Origin: an uncultured Candidatus Binatia bacterium
GTDB taxonomy: Bacteria; Desulfobacterota; Binatia; Bin18
Direction: 5' to 3'
DNA length: 64,000 nt
Assembly: GCA_965247985.1 (NCBI GenBank)
Contig: OZ252051.1
Location: forward strand, 4,227,060 to 4,291,059
Below, piece by piece: positions 18,835 through 27,463 of this stretch (the first letter of the stretch is position 1; each line of letters starts with the position of its first letter). Below the pieces are notes generated by a model, which saw only the letters and a program-made list of their open reading frames with translations, was not told the origin of the DNA and searched no databases. Both the position numbers and the translations under genes were made by a program.

Positions 18835-20181
18835 ATGGTCCCGCGTATATCCTTCTGGCTCCTTTCGGCCCTCATCCTTACTATCGGGTCTTCTATCCCT
18901 GCCACTGCTGAAGAGACGAACAGCTCCCGGAACCGCACCTGGAAAACGGTAGAAGAGTCCTCTCCACAGGAACTCCAGAAGCTGGACCTCGAGACCCACC
19001 CCCCGCGCCATCCCCAGGTTCCATATCTGCCGGCTGAGCCCTATCCTTTTACGCCTCCCTATACTGCTGAGGAGATGGGCTATCGTTTAATGGAGTTCAC
19101 CTCACGCCCACGCTGGTCGGCCGTGTTTGCCAGGGCGTGGGCGTCGATTTCTACCCAAGGAGTGCTCCTGAACCCGGGTAGTGCGACCAATTTTTTGGCC
19201 TACAACTCAAATACGACTGGTGTGGAAGTCGAATTCACCCTCAAGCCTGGCGAAGAAATCTACCGGTCTCTCAGTCAACGCACTACTCCCGCAGCTTCAG
19301 AAGGTTCACAACGACTGTCGATTCGCTATCGCACCAGCAAAGAATTTATCAAGAAAGAAGAGCGGTTTCGGTACTCACAGTCCAGGCGCCGGGTTCGTCA
19401 CGACGCGCCGCGGCGGCGGCAGAGCAAGATACCCAATATGGCGCTTACGCCTGACGACAATTATGGACGCGATGCCTGGGAGTTTTCTTGGCGTGTGCTG
19501 GGTCTGGATACCCTGTACCAAACCGTTCGCTTTCCCAATACTCGGCCCGCAATCATGTTACGCAATGGACAGACCGGCCAGTTCCAAGAGAGGCGGACGG
19601 CTGAGCTAAAACTTATGGGGAATACCTATCAATATTACACCGCCAATGACGGGGTGGCGTGCTATGTTGTGGAGGCCCAAGCCCGTACCGAATGGCTACC
19701 CGATTACTATGCGCCGCGTCTCTTATTCTGGCTGGAAGAACATTCTTTTTTCCCTTTGCGTATCGAGAAATATGACTCCAACGGTAAGCTCATCAACGTT
19801 GAGGTGAGAATAGCCGAGCTTTTTAATCCGGCTTTGGGCGAGCGGGGCTATGGCTCGTTGTTTACCCTGTACTGGGATGTCTCAGATGACCTGATGTCAT
19901 ATTTTGTGAACGACAGTCATCGGGTCACAGAGTGGGAGCCCCAGGAGGTCGCTGTTTTCTTTAGTCCGGATTTTATGCGCCGGCAGTGGTATCTTGATAC
20001 TTCTGTCAAGACCCAGGCCCAGGTACCCTCCCCCGCTCTCTTTTTTTTACGGCCCGCCTTAGAGGAAGAAAAATTTCCCGCTGAGCGTCCGCTGCGGATT
20101 CCTCCCGAGGTTGCGACCCGTATCCAAGCGCAAGAGGGAGCTGGACGGCTGGTGTTTGAGATGAATGGGGAAAGACGCTGA
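18835..20181 (+). CDS. Exported DUF1329-like protein
   Basis: Signal peptide (ATA-EE); RYSQSRRRVR, DDNYGRDAWEFSWRVLG, CYVVEA, EKYDSNGKL parallel the DUF1329 motifs. Confidence 0.65.
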   Translation: MVPRISFWLLSALILTIGSSIPATAEETNSSRNRTWKTVEESSPQELQKLDLETHPPRHPQVPYLPAEPYPFTPPYTAEEMGYRLMEFTSRPRWSAVFARAWASISTQGVLLNPGSATNFLAYNSNTTGVEVEFTLKPGEEIYRSLSQRTTPAASEGSQRLSIRYRTSKEFIKKEERFRYSQSRRRVRHDAPRRRQSKIPNMALTPDDNYGRDAWEFSWRVLGLDTLYQTVRFPNTRPAIMLRNGQTGQFQERRTAELKLMGNTYQYYTANDGVACYVVEAQARTEWLPDYYAPRLLFWLEEHSFFPLRIEKYDSNGKLINVEVRIAELFNPALGERGYGSLFTLYWDVSDDLMSYFVNDSHRVTEWEPQEVAVFFSPDFMRRQWYLDTSVKTQAQVPSPALFFLRPALEEEKFPAERPLRIPPEVATRIQAQEGAGRLVFEMNGERR

Positions 20182-20237
20182 AGCTGTGCGTTCTCCTGAG
20201 AACGACAAGATTGGTGAGCGGAGTCAAACGTCCGACG

Positions 20238-21611
20238 CTACACAGACGGGCTTTGCCAACCACCCAGATTCGTCTCCAGGTACTGGGCCACGGCCAGGGC
20301 GACATCTTCACGCCAAGGACGGGCGACGATTTGGACACCAATCGGTAACCCTTCAGTAGACGTCCCACAGCGCACGACCGCGCCCGGCCAGCCGGTCAGA
20401 TTGTGGGCGAACGTGTACGTAAAATCCGGGCCGTCGGGATCGTCATGACGCATGGCGGGTGTGGCGCTGACAGGACACAGCACCACATCGTAGGGCTCCA
20501 TAAACGCCAGCATTTCACTCCGGTAGACATTCCATCGGCTCAGCTCCTGGGTGAACTCCGGGAGCGATACCGGCTGAGCCGTTTGCATCCAATCCAAGGC
20601 GGAAGACATGCGCTCAGTCCCGGCGGTGTGGATGAGCTGACGTATCCACGCTCCTCCATCCGCAAGGTAGAGACTGTACCACAGCCGCTCTGCTTCGCTC
20701 ACACCCTGCGGTCGATCTTCCGTAACCGAGACTCCATGGTCGGCAAGCACGCTGGCTGCGGTTCGAACGGTACTGGCAGTGTCCGGGCTCGGGGATTTAA
20801 TCCCGTTGTCCGTGAAGAATGCGACCCGCAGGTCTCTCACACTCACGTCTTGAGGATCTCCCAGCGGAGCCGGCACGATCGCCGGATCGTGTCCATCCGG
20901 GCCGGCAATAATGGCTAAGGTGAGGATCAGGTCTTCGACATGCCGCGCCAGGGGACCGATCTGGGTAAAGGCATCCAGGGCGCCAACATCAAATGAAATG
21001 GCATGCCCGGTGCGTGGGACTCGGCCCGAGGTGGGCTTGATACCGGCAAGGCCGCAGTAGTGGGCCGGCATGCGAATGCTGCCGCCGGTGTCGCTCCCCA
21101 GGTCGAGCGCCGAGCCGCCAGCCGCCAGAACCGCCCCGGCTCCCCCACTACTGCCCGCGGGTGATCGCTCCACATCATACGGATTGTTTGTCCGGCCATA
21201 GACATCGTTGTCAGTAATCCCCGCCAGGGTAAACTCCGGCGTATTCGTTTTGCCCAGGATGATGGCTCCCGCGGCACGCAGACGCGCCACCACTGTGGCA
21301 TCCCGCTTGGGGATAAAATCAGATCGTCCCATCGTCCCCCAGGTACTGACCATGCCGGCTGTGTCTAACGAATCCTTGAGCGTGATGGGGACGCCGTGCA
21401 GCGGTCCGACGCCTTCTCCTCGTGAGAGGACCTCATCCGCCTCACCGGCCTGTTGTCGAGCCGCATCGGCGCGAAGCTGTACGACGGCGTTGAGCTTTGG
21501 ATTGACTGCTTCAAGGCGGGACAGATGGGCATCAACCACTGCAACTGAAGAGACGAGCTTCGTCCGAATGAATCGAGCCAGCGTCGTAGCCGAAAACGAG
21601 GTCAGTTCCAT
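20238..21611 (-). CDS. Amidase signature family enzyme
   Basis: GPLHGVPITLKD, GKTNTPEF, GSSGG, GSDTGGSIRMPA (Ser-cisSer-Lys triad). Confidence 0.93.
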   Translation of the reverse strand: MELTSFSATTLARFIRTKLVSSVAVVDAHLSRLEAVNPKLNAVVQLRADAARQQAGEADEVLSRGEGVGPLHGVPITLKDSLDTAGMVSTWGTMGRSDFIPKRDATVVARLRAAGAIILGKTNTPEFTLAGITDNDVYGRTNNPYDVERSPAGSSGGAGAVLAAGGSALDLGSDTGGSIRMPAHYCGLAGIKPTSGRVPRTGHAISFDVGALDAFTQIGPLARHVEDLILTLAIIAGPDGHDPAIVPAPLGDPQDVSVRDLRVAFFTDNGIKSPSPDTASTVRTAASVLADHGVSVTEDRPQGVSEAERLWYSLYLADGGAWIRQLIHTAGTERMSSALDWMQTAQPVSLPEFTQELSRWNVYRSEMLAFMEPYDVVLCPVSATPAMRHDDPDGPDFTYTFAHNLTGWPGAVVRCGTSTEGLPIGVQIVARPWREDVALAVAQYLETNLGGWQSPSV

Positions 21612-21777
21612 GGTGATCTCCCTCCGTTATAGTCCATACACGTGGCAGCCTCTTGTTCGTGAGGTAGTGTACGAGAAGTGATTTCTCCTGTCGATGGTGT
21701 TATCAGGGTATGGTAGACGAGGATGGATGGAGGAGAGTCTACCGGATCGCGGAGAGTCCCTACGAAGCGAGGAAAAA

Positions 21778-21966
21778 ATGAGTGATCGTGACCGTGAAAT
21801 TCGGGACATGCTGGACCGGGCGTGGCGAAAAGAGGAGCAGAAGCAGCGTGGCTTTCTGACGCTCTCAGAAAACGATATGCGCCTCCTTGAGGACTACTAT
21901 GCGGCGGGCCTGCCGTATGGCAATACACCGGAAGGCTTTAACCAGTGGTTAGAAGAACAAGGCTAG
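21778..21966 (+). CDS. Small hypothetical protein (62 aa)
   Basis: GAGG SD before ATG; protein-like charged helical composition; fills the gap between amidase and hsp20. Confidence 0.5.
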   Translation: MSDRDREIRDMLDRAWRKEEQKQRGFLTLSENDMRLLEDYYAAGLPYGNTPEGFNQWLEEQG

Positions 21967-21987
21967 ACTGGGTTCTTGCAGCCGTAT

Positions 21988-22017
21988 AAAAAAACGGGGG
22001 CCCCAGAGGAGCTCCCG
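21988..22017 (-). terminator. Intrinsic terminator of hsp20
   Basis: Minus strand CGGGAGCTCC-TCT-GGGGCCCCCG followed by a T tract. Confidence 0.7.
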
Positions 22018-22050
22018 CTGCATGGGGAGAAGGGAGAGAGGCAATCGGTC

Positions 22051-22536
22051 TTAGGCTGCATCTGCAGCAACTTCAGTTTTCACCTCAACCGGAATACGTT
22101 TCGGCTTGACCTCTTCCGGGAATGGCACCACGACTTCGAGCGTGCCGTTCTTTGCACTCGCTTCGATCTTCTCCGCATCTATGCCCTTGGGCAGAATAAA
22201 CGACCGGGCAAACGAGCCGTACGAACGCTCTTTATGGAAGTATCCACCGTTCTTCCCTTCGTTCTCTGCTTTGCGTTCTCCCTTGACCGTCAGGCGGTTG
22301 CCGTCCAGCGCAATCTCAACATCCTTGGGCTCCACGCCGGGCAAATCCGCTTTGATGTGCAGCCTGTTGTCGGCCACATAACTGTCAATTCTGAACGACG
22401 CTTCCGAAGGCACTCCGGTTCGCACTACTGGCCAACTGCGGGAAGAGAAAAAATCGTTCATAACAGACTCCATGTCATTTCTCCATGGATTCATCGCTCC
22501 AAACGGTCCTCGCATTACACTCAGTTCTCGTCTCAT
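22051..22536 (-). CDS. Hsp20/alpha-crystallin small heat-shock protein
   Basis: ADLPGVEPKDVEI, LTVKGERK, ERSYGSFARSFILP, IEASAKNGTLEV; GGAGG SD before ATG at 22536. Confidence 0.95.
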   Translation of the reverse strand: MRRELSVMRGPFGAMNPWRNDMESVMNDFFSSRSWPVVRTGVPSEASFRIDSYVADNRLHIKADLPGVEPKDVEIALDGNRLTVKGERKAENEGKNGGYFHKERSYGSFARSFILPKGIDAEKIEASAKNGTLEVVVPFPEEVKPKRIPVEVKTEVAADAA

Positions 22537-22555
22537 CGTATCGACCTCCTCTGTG

Positions 22556-22635
22556 TTTGGGTTTCTGTCTGACACAACCCAAATCTAAGGACGACTGACT
22601 CCGAGTCAAGGGGTCACAATAAAAATTTTGACTCG
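22556..22635 (-). promoter_or_regulatory. Putative hsp20 promoter with operator-like inverted repeats
   Basis: TTGACT-16 nt-TAGATT on minus strand; palindrome TGACTC-C-GAGTCA over the -35; 8-bp IR CGAGTCAA/TTGACTCG; leader IR TTTGGGTT/AACCCAAA. Confidence 0.45.
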
Positions 22636-22679
22636 TTCAGAAAAGGACGCCGTCCGCTTCCGGCCACTATGGGTGCGGC

Positions 22680-23447
22680 TTAGCGTCGGCCCGACTTCTT
22701 CAGCACCCGCACCACCGTTCGCGTGTTTCCAGACTGTTGGATATGCACAGAGAGTGGGCGTCGTCGTGGCGCAGAGACTTTCGTATAGACGACCGTTGAG
22801 TGAATAGATTTATGCCCCAAATGCGCCTGCACCTCCTCTAGCGCATGTCCGGCCTCGAGAAGATGGGCGGCAACCGAATGGCGTAAACAGTGGCTGTGAC
22901 GTTTAGACGGCGGAAGCTTGGCGTGCTCCGCATACATGCGAAAGAGCCGATCAATACGCTGACGGCTGACCGGACGCGCATTCCGCGACGGAAAGAGATA
23001 GGGCAGGGCATCACTCCGAGTTTGTATATAATCGCGCAGCAGACGCAGATACTCTGCGGTCATCGTCTTCTCTCCGGCGACGCCACCCTTGAGGCGTGGG
23101 ATATGGATCCGGCGGGTGTGAAAGTCAACGTGCTCGCGCAGTAAGAGACCAACCTCAGAGGCGCGCAGTCCGAAATAATACATGGCGGCAAACAGCGCAC
23201 GGTCGCGCTCGTCTGTGATCTGGGTAAAGAATCGCTCGACCTCCCGACGAGTCAGCGTCACATATTTCTCGCGGGACTCCCGTTGCCGGGGTTCTGCACC
23301 TCGCAGTGTCGCTTGCTCTTGGCGGGTGACTTCAGCCTGGAGTTCTCGCAGATAACGGACGACACTTTTTCCCTGTCGAGCGGCCTGCTGCGCGGCAAGC
23401 CGAAGGAGTTTTTCCTGTTGGCCGGATTGGTTTGAATCGTCTTTCAC
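22680..23447 (-). CDS. Tyrosine recombinase, FimB/FimE-like catalytic domain with short N-terminal extension
   Basis: GLRASE (R), PRLKGG (K), HCLRH (HxxR), LGH and STVVY (Y) all present; likely GTG start at 23447, downstream of queE. Confidence 0.85.
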   Translation of the reverse strand: MKDDSNQSGQQEKLLRLAAQQAARQGKSVVRYLRELQAEVTRQEQATLRGAEPRQRESREKYVTLTRREVERFFTQITDERDRALFAAMYYFGLRASEVGLLLREHVDFHTRRIHIPRLKGGVAGEKTMTAEYLRLLRDYIQTRSDALPYLFPSRNARPVSRQRIDRLFRMYAEHAKLPPSKRHSHCLRHSVAAHLLEAGHALEEVQAHLGHKSIHSTVVYTKVSAPRRRPLSVHIQQSGNTRTVVRVLKKSGRR

Positions 23448-23487
23448 TGGGGCTTCTCTGCGTATAGTACTGGCGGGCGGAGCCGGA

Positions 23488-24129
23488 CTACGGAATCCCG
23501 AGCAGCTTATGCGTTTGCAGGCTGAGTCGCCAGCGCGGATGGTTGAGACAGTACTGCAGGCACGTGTGGGTATTGCGCTCCCGATCAGGACCATCCAGTG
23601 GTTGCAGGAAAAATTCCTGAAAATCGAGTTGAGCAAATAGCGCCGGCTCCACACCGAACTGAGGAAAAACAAGTTTGAGTTCCCCGCCATGCCTGAGAAC
23701 GAGTGCCGAGCCAGCTTTGGGACTGACACAGATCCAATCGATACCAGGCGGAGGAAGCAGCGTGCCATTTGTCTCAATGGCAATTTCAAAACCTTCTGCA
23801 TGCAGGGCGTCAACAAGCGCAGCATCAAGCTGGAGCAATGGTTCGCCACCTGTACACACGACAAACGGAACACCTTGAGGGGGCCGCCAGGTCGGCCATG
23901 TGGCAGCGACAGCCACAGCCAGCTCACGGGCGGACGCGAAACGCCCTCCCCCGGAGCCGTCCGTACCAACGAAATCGGTATCGCAGAACTGACAGACAGC
24001 CGTAGCGCGGTCCTTTTCCAGCCCGGACCATAGATTACATCCGGCAAAACGACAGAATACCGCTGGCCGGCCGCTATACCGCCCCTCGCCTTGGAGGGTG
24101 TAGAAAATCTCTTTGACTACGTAACTCAT
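23488..24129 (-). CDS. queE: 7-carboxy-7-deazaguanine synthase QueE (CX14CX2C radical SAM type)
   Basis: KEIFYTLQGEG, CNLWSGLEKDRATAVCQFC, TGGEPLLQ, ETNGT, VSPK, LSLQTHK. Confidence 0.95.
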   Translation of the reverse strand: MSYVVKEIFYTLQGEGRYSGRPAVFCRFAGCNLWSGLEKDRATAVCQFCDTDFVGTDGSGGGRFASARELAVAVAATWPTWRPPQGVPFVVCTGGEPLLQLDAALVDALHAEGFEIAIETNGTLLPPPGIDWICVSPKAGSALVLRHGGELKLVFPQFGVEPALFAQLDFQEFFLQPLDGPDRERNTHTCLQYCLNHPRWRLSLQTHKLLGIP

Positions 24130-24180
24130 GAAAAAAGAAAGGGACGCCAAAGACGTCCCTTGTCAAACCTGGAAGAGGAG

Positions 24181-24205
24181 AGAAAAGAGATGGGGAGGCC
24201 CCATC
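24181..24205 (-). terminator. Putative terminator after HU gene
   Basis: Minus strand GATGGGG-CCT-CCCCATC followed by TCTTTTCT. Confidence 0.55.
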
Positions 24206-24231
24206 GGCAGATACAAGAACCGTCAGACTTA

Positions 24232-24525
24232 CTATTTCTTCTTCGCTGGGCCGAGAATAGATTCCTTAAACACTTTTGCCGGCGTAAAGGCGACTTTTTT
24301 TCGGGCCGAAATTCTAATGGCTTCCCCGGTCTGCGGGTTGCGTCCCATTCGGGCCTTCAACTGGCGCAGCCGAAATGTCCCCAGGTTGGGAATTTTCAAC
24401 TCTTTGTCTTTTTCGACCGTTTTTGTAATAAACTCCACAAAGGAATCCAGCTTAGTGGCTGCCTCGCGGTTTGAGGCCTCTCCCCATGTCTCGGCTAACT
24501 TTTTCACCATCTCCGTCTTCGTCAT
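24232..24525 (-). CDS. HU-family DNA-binding protein
   Basis: MTKTEMV, LGTF, ARMGRNPQTGEAIRISARK; AGGAGG SD. Confidence 0.93.
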   Translation of the reverse strand: MTKTEMVKKLAETWGEASNREAATKLDSFVEFITKTVEKDKELKIPNLGTFRLRQLKARMGRNPQTGEAIRISARKKVAFTPAKVFKESILGPAKKK

Positions 24526-24860
24526 GCTACCAACCTCCTAACCCGATTGGGTTCTACACTACGTCCCACACCAGAAGTCGAGCGGTCTTGCCACGAAGCA
24601 CCCCCGACTCACCATTTGCGTATTGGCTCCTCTCTCCCAGGTCGTTTCTTATGTCCCTGTCCTCCTCTCATCCTTCTTCCACAATCACAGCGTGAGACGG
24701 CCGGCTCCGAGCAGAAACGAGAGAGAAAAGTGTCAGGCCCGGATTAAGCAATATCTCTTCACCTCATCCACACGACGTAATCGTCTGGGGCTGTCGTTGG
24801 GCAGAACACGGGCGACTCTCATCAGTATCGTCTACGCTGCTCCCGCCCACTCAGGCTCAG

Positions 24861-24889
24861 TTTTTATCCGTCAGGCTCGGGAATGTCAA
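24861..24889 (-). promoter_or_regulatory. Putative sigma70 promoter upstream of HU
   Basis: TTGACA-17 nt-TAAAAA on minus strand, preceded by an AT-rich UP-like stretch. Confidence 0.5.
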
Positions 24890-24915
24890 TAAAACCAGGT
24901 AAAAATAGCAAAAAT

Positions 24916-27348
24916 CTAACGATACATCTCGACCAGTTCGATCAGACCGAGGTCTTTGAGCGCGGAAAACAGGCGGCCTTTCACCTCGCGAACCGTCCCC
25001 AGTTGCACAACCTCCTCGGTGAGAGATTGGGCGTCGGTATAGGAGAGCGAACGAATGAGACGTTTGATAACCGGGACAAAGAAAGGCTCCATACTGAGCT
25101 CATCCAACCCGCTACCAAGCAGCACGAGCGTACACAGCGGGTCGGAGGCCATTTCGCCACACATGCTGACCCGTTTGCCGGCGCGTTGCGCAGCCTGGAC
25201 GGTTGTGGCTATCGCATTCAGGACAGCCGGATGGAGAGGCTCGTAGAGAGAAGCGACCTTACGGTTGTTCCGGTCCACCGCAAGAAGATACTGAATGAGG
25301 TCGTTCGTCCCAATACTGAAGAAGTCAACCTCCTGGGCGAGCCGGTCTGCCAACCACACCGCGGCTGGAACCTCGACCATAATGCCGACCGGCATCCACG
25401 GGTCGAACGTTTTTCCCTCTTGTTGTAATTCATCCTTTGCCTGCGCCAGCAGGTTCTTGACTTGGAGCAGCTCTTCTACGCTGGAGATCATGGGAAACAA
25501 AATACGGACCGGCCCATGCACTCCGGCACGTAAAATAGCGCGCAGTTGCACCTTAAAGAGGTCCGCCATCTCCAAAGAGATCCGAATAGAGCGCCAGCCC
25601 AGGAAGGGGTTATCTTCTTGGGGCAGCTTCATATAGGGAGGATATTTGTCGGGTCCGAGATCCAAGGTCCGAATTGTCACGGGCTTCCCGGCCATGCCGG
25701 CCAAAACTCTTTGATACAGCGCCAACTGGGCTTCTTCGTCCGGGAAATCACTATAGGTAAGAAACGGCACCTCGGTCCGGTACAGTCCAACGCCTTCCGC
25801 TCCGTGGCGCTGGGCAAAGTCAACATCACTCAGCAAGCCGACATTGGCTCCGAGCGCAATACGCACCCCATCCTGCGTTTCCGCAGGGAGATCGTGGATC
25901 TCTTCGAGAGTCCGGTTAAACGCCCGATACTCGCGGTCAAAGCGGCTGTACTCGCGCACGACTTCGGCGCCGGGATTGACATAGGCCACCCCGGCGTTAC
26001 CGTCCACGATCACCGCATCGCCTTGCTGGATAGAGGCGGCGTGCTCGACGCCCACAACAGTTGGAATTTCAAAGGACTTCGCCAGAATAGACGTATGTGA
26101 GGTGGCTCCGCCGTTGGCGAGGACCACCCCTTTCAAATGACTGTGATCCACTCGGCAGAGGTCGGACAGAGAGAGATCGTCCGCAACGAGAATGAGATTC
26201 TCCCCTTTTGGCCCGCTCTTCTCCTCCAGGCCGAGCAGATGGCGGAGTACGCGCTGGCCAATATCGCGAATATCGGCTGCCCGGTCACGCAGGTGCTCAC
26301 CCCCGGCCCGCTCCAGGGTCTCCACATAGCCTTCCGTGACCTTTTTGAGAGCAGTATCGGCGGCATCGCCGTGTTGGATATGGGTTTCAATCTTTTCGAT
26401 AAACGCAGCGTCTTCCAGCATCATGCGGTGGACATCAAAAATTGCCCGGTCAATCTCTGGCAGACGCTCCTGGACTCGCTCTTTGAGTGCATCAATTTCC
26501 CGAACCGACTGCACAAGAGCGGCGTGCAGATGCTGAAGCTCGGCAGCCGGATTTTCCGTACGACGCTCTTCAATCGCGTCAAGACGAACAACGGGGTGGA
26601 CCAGGTAAGCTTGACCTGAGCCGATCCCAGGCGAAGCACTGACTCCGGTGAGCCGCAAACGGCTCGCTCGCCCCTTCGTCTGTGTTTGCTGCGCACGCTT
26701 ACGCTCATAGGCACTCGGGCGTTGAATGGCCGCCAACATGCGGGCCCGATAATCCTGACGCTCCCGCTCCTTTGTTTTGAGTGATTCCTGCAATCGGGCT
26801 TGAACAATAACGCCCGCAACCTGGGTTGCGATCGTTTTGAGCAAACGGACCTCTGTCCGAGGAAAACGGCGCCGACTCCGACTCTGGACTATGAGCGCGC
26901 CAAGCATATTGCCTTTTTCGCTCATTGGCAGACCCAGAAATGAATGGAATCGCTCCTCTCCGGTTTCCGGAAAGTATTTATTCCGTTCGTGCGTCATGGC
27001 ATCAGGGATGACAACGGCTTCCCCGGTTTCAATCACCAGACCCGTCAGCCCTTCATGTTTGTCCAGGCTGATGTTACCAATAGCCGCCCGATCCAAACCA
27101 GTCGTTGCCCAGAGAGTAAGCCGCTCCCCTTTGGTGTCTAAGAGATAGAGCGAACAGACATCGGTCCCCATTCGCTGGGTAATGATCTTGGTAATTTCCT
27201 GAAGCGTGACTTGTAAGTCGTGAGAGCGGGAGAAGAGGGCGTCAATATCTTTGAGCAAATGCATACTGTGCTGCTGTGCAGAACGAGGTTCTGGCCATAC
27301 TGGCAGCTCGGTCCGTTTTTTCGTAGCAGTTTTTGAAGAGCCATCCAT
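24916..27348 (-). CDS. ptsP: Phosphoenolpyruvate-protein phosphotransferase with N-terminal GAF domain (EI-Ntr)
   Basis: GAF (DVCSLYLLD...FPETGEERFHSFLG), GGATSH phospho-His, GVGLYRTE, ENPFLGWR-like, DFFSIGTNDL, MCGEMA. Confidence 0.93.
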   Translation of the reverse strand: MDGSSKTATKKRTELPVWPEPRSAQQHSMHLLKDIDALFSRSHDLQVTLQEITKIITQRMGTDVCSLYLLDTKGERLTLWATTGLDRAAIGNISLDKHEGLTGLVIETGEAVVIPDAMTHERNKYFPETGEERFHSFLGLPMSEKGNMLGALIVQSRSRRRFPRTEVRLLKTIATQVAGVIVQARLQESLKTKERERQDYRARMLAAIQRPSAYERKRAQQTQTKGRASRLRLTGVSASPGIGSGQAYLVHPVVRLDAIEERRTENPAAELQHLHAALVQSVREIDALKERVQERLPEIDRAIFDVHRMMLEDAAFIEKIETHIQHGDAADTALKKVTEGYVETLERAGGEHLRDRAADIRDIGQRVLRHLLGLEEKSGPKGENLILVADDLSLSDLCRVDHSHLKGVVLANGGATSHTSILAKSFEIPTVVGVEHAASIQQGDAVIVDGNAGVAYVNPGAEVVREYSRFDREYRAFNRTLEEIHDLPAETQDGVRIALGANVGLLSDVDFAQRHGAEGVGLYRTEVPFLTYSDFPDEEAQLALYQRVLAGMAGKPVTIRTLDLGPDKYPPYMKLPQEDNPFLGWRSIRISLEMADLFKVQLRAILRAGVHGPVRILFPMISSVEELLQVKNLLAQAKDELQQEGKTFDPWMPVGIMVEVPAAVWLADRLAQEVDFFSIGTNDLIQYLLAVDRNNRKVASLYEPLHPAVLNAIATTVQAAQRAGKRVSMCGEMASDPLCTLVLLGSGLDELSMEPFFVPVIKRLIRSLSYTDAQSLTEEVVQLGTVREVKGRLFSALKDLGLIELVEMYR

Positions 27349-27463
27349 ACAGTAAGGAACGGCATTGTATCTGAGGCCCTAATGGGCCACAAGGCACGGA
27401 TACCCCGCGGAGCCGGGTCTGGCAGGGGCGGTATACCACATGACCCGAATAGATGCAGTCGGC

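Noticed and set aside
22680-24047. 455-aa recombinase ORF as given in the ORF track
   Set aside because: Its first ~200 codons overlap queE in another frame and are not protein-like; the real gene probably starts at GTG 23447.
24130-24231. preQ1 riboswitch upstream of queE
   Set aside because: No recognisable preQ1-I stem-loop plus A-rich tail; retained only as an unexplained hairpin.
22680-24525. Prophage/ICE or 7-deazaguanine DNA-modification (dpd) island suggested by recombinase + queE + HU
   Set aside because: No dpdA/tgt-like, phage or conjugation genes and no tRNA att site; neighbours are housekeeping genes.
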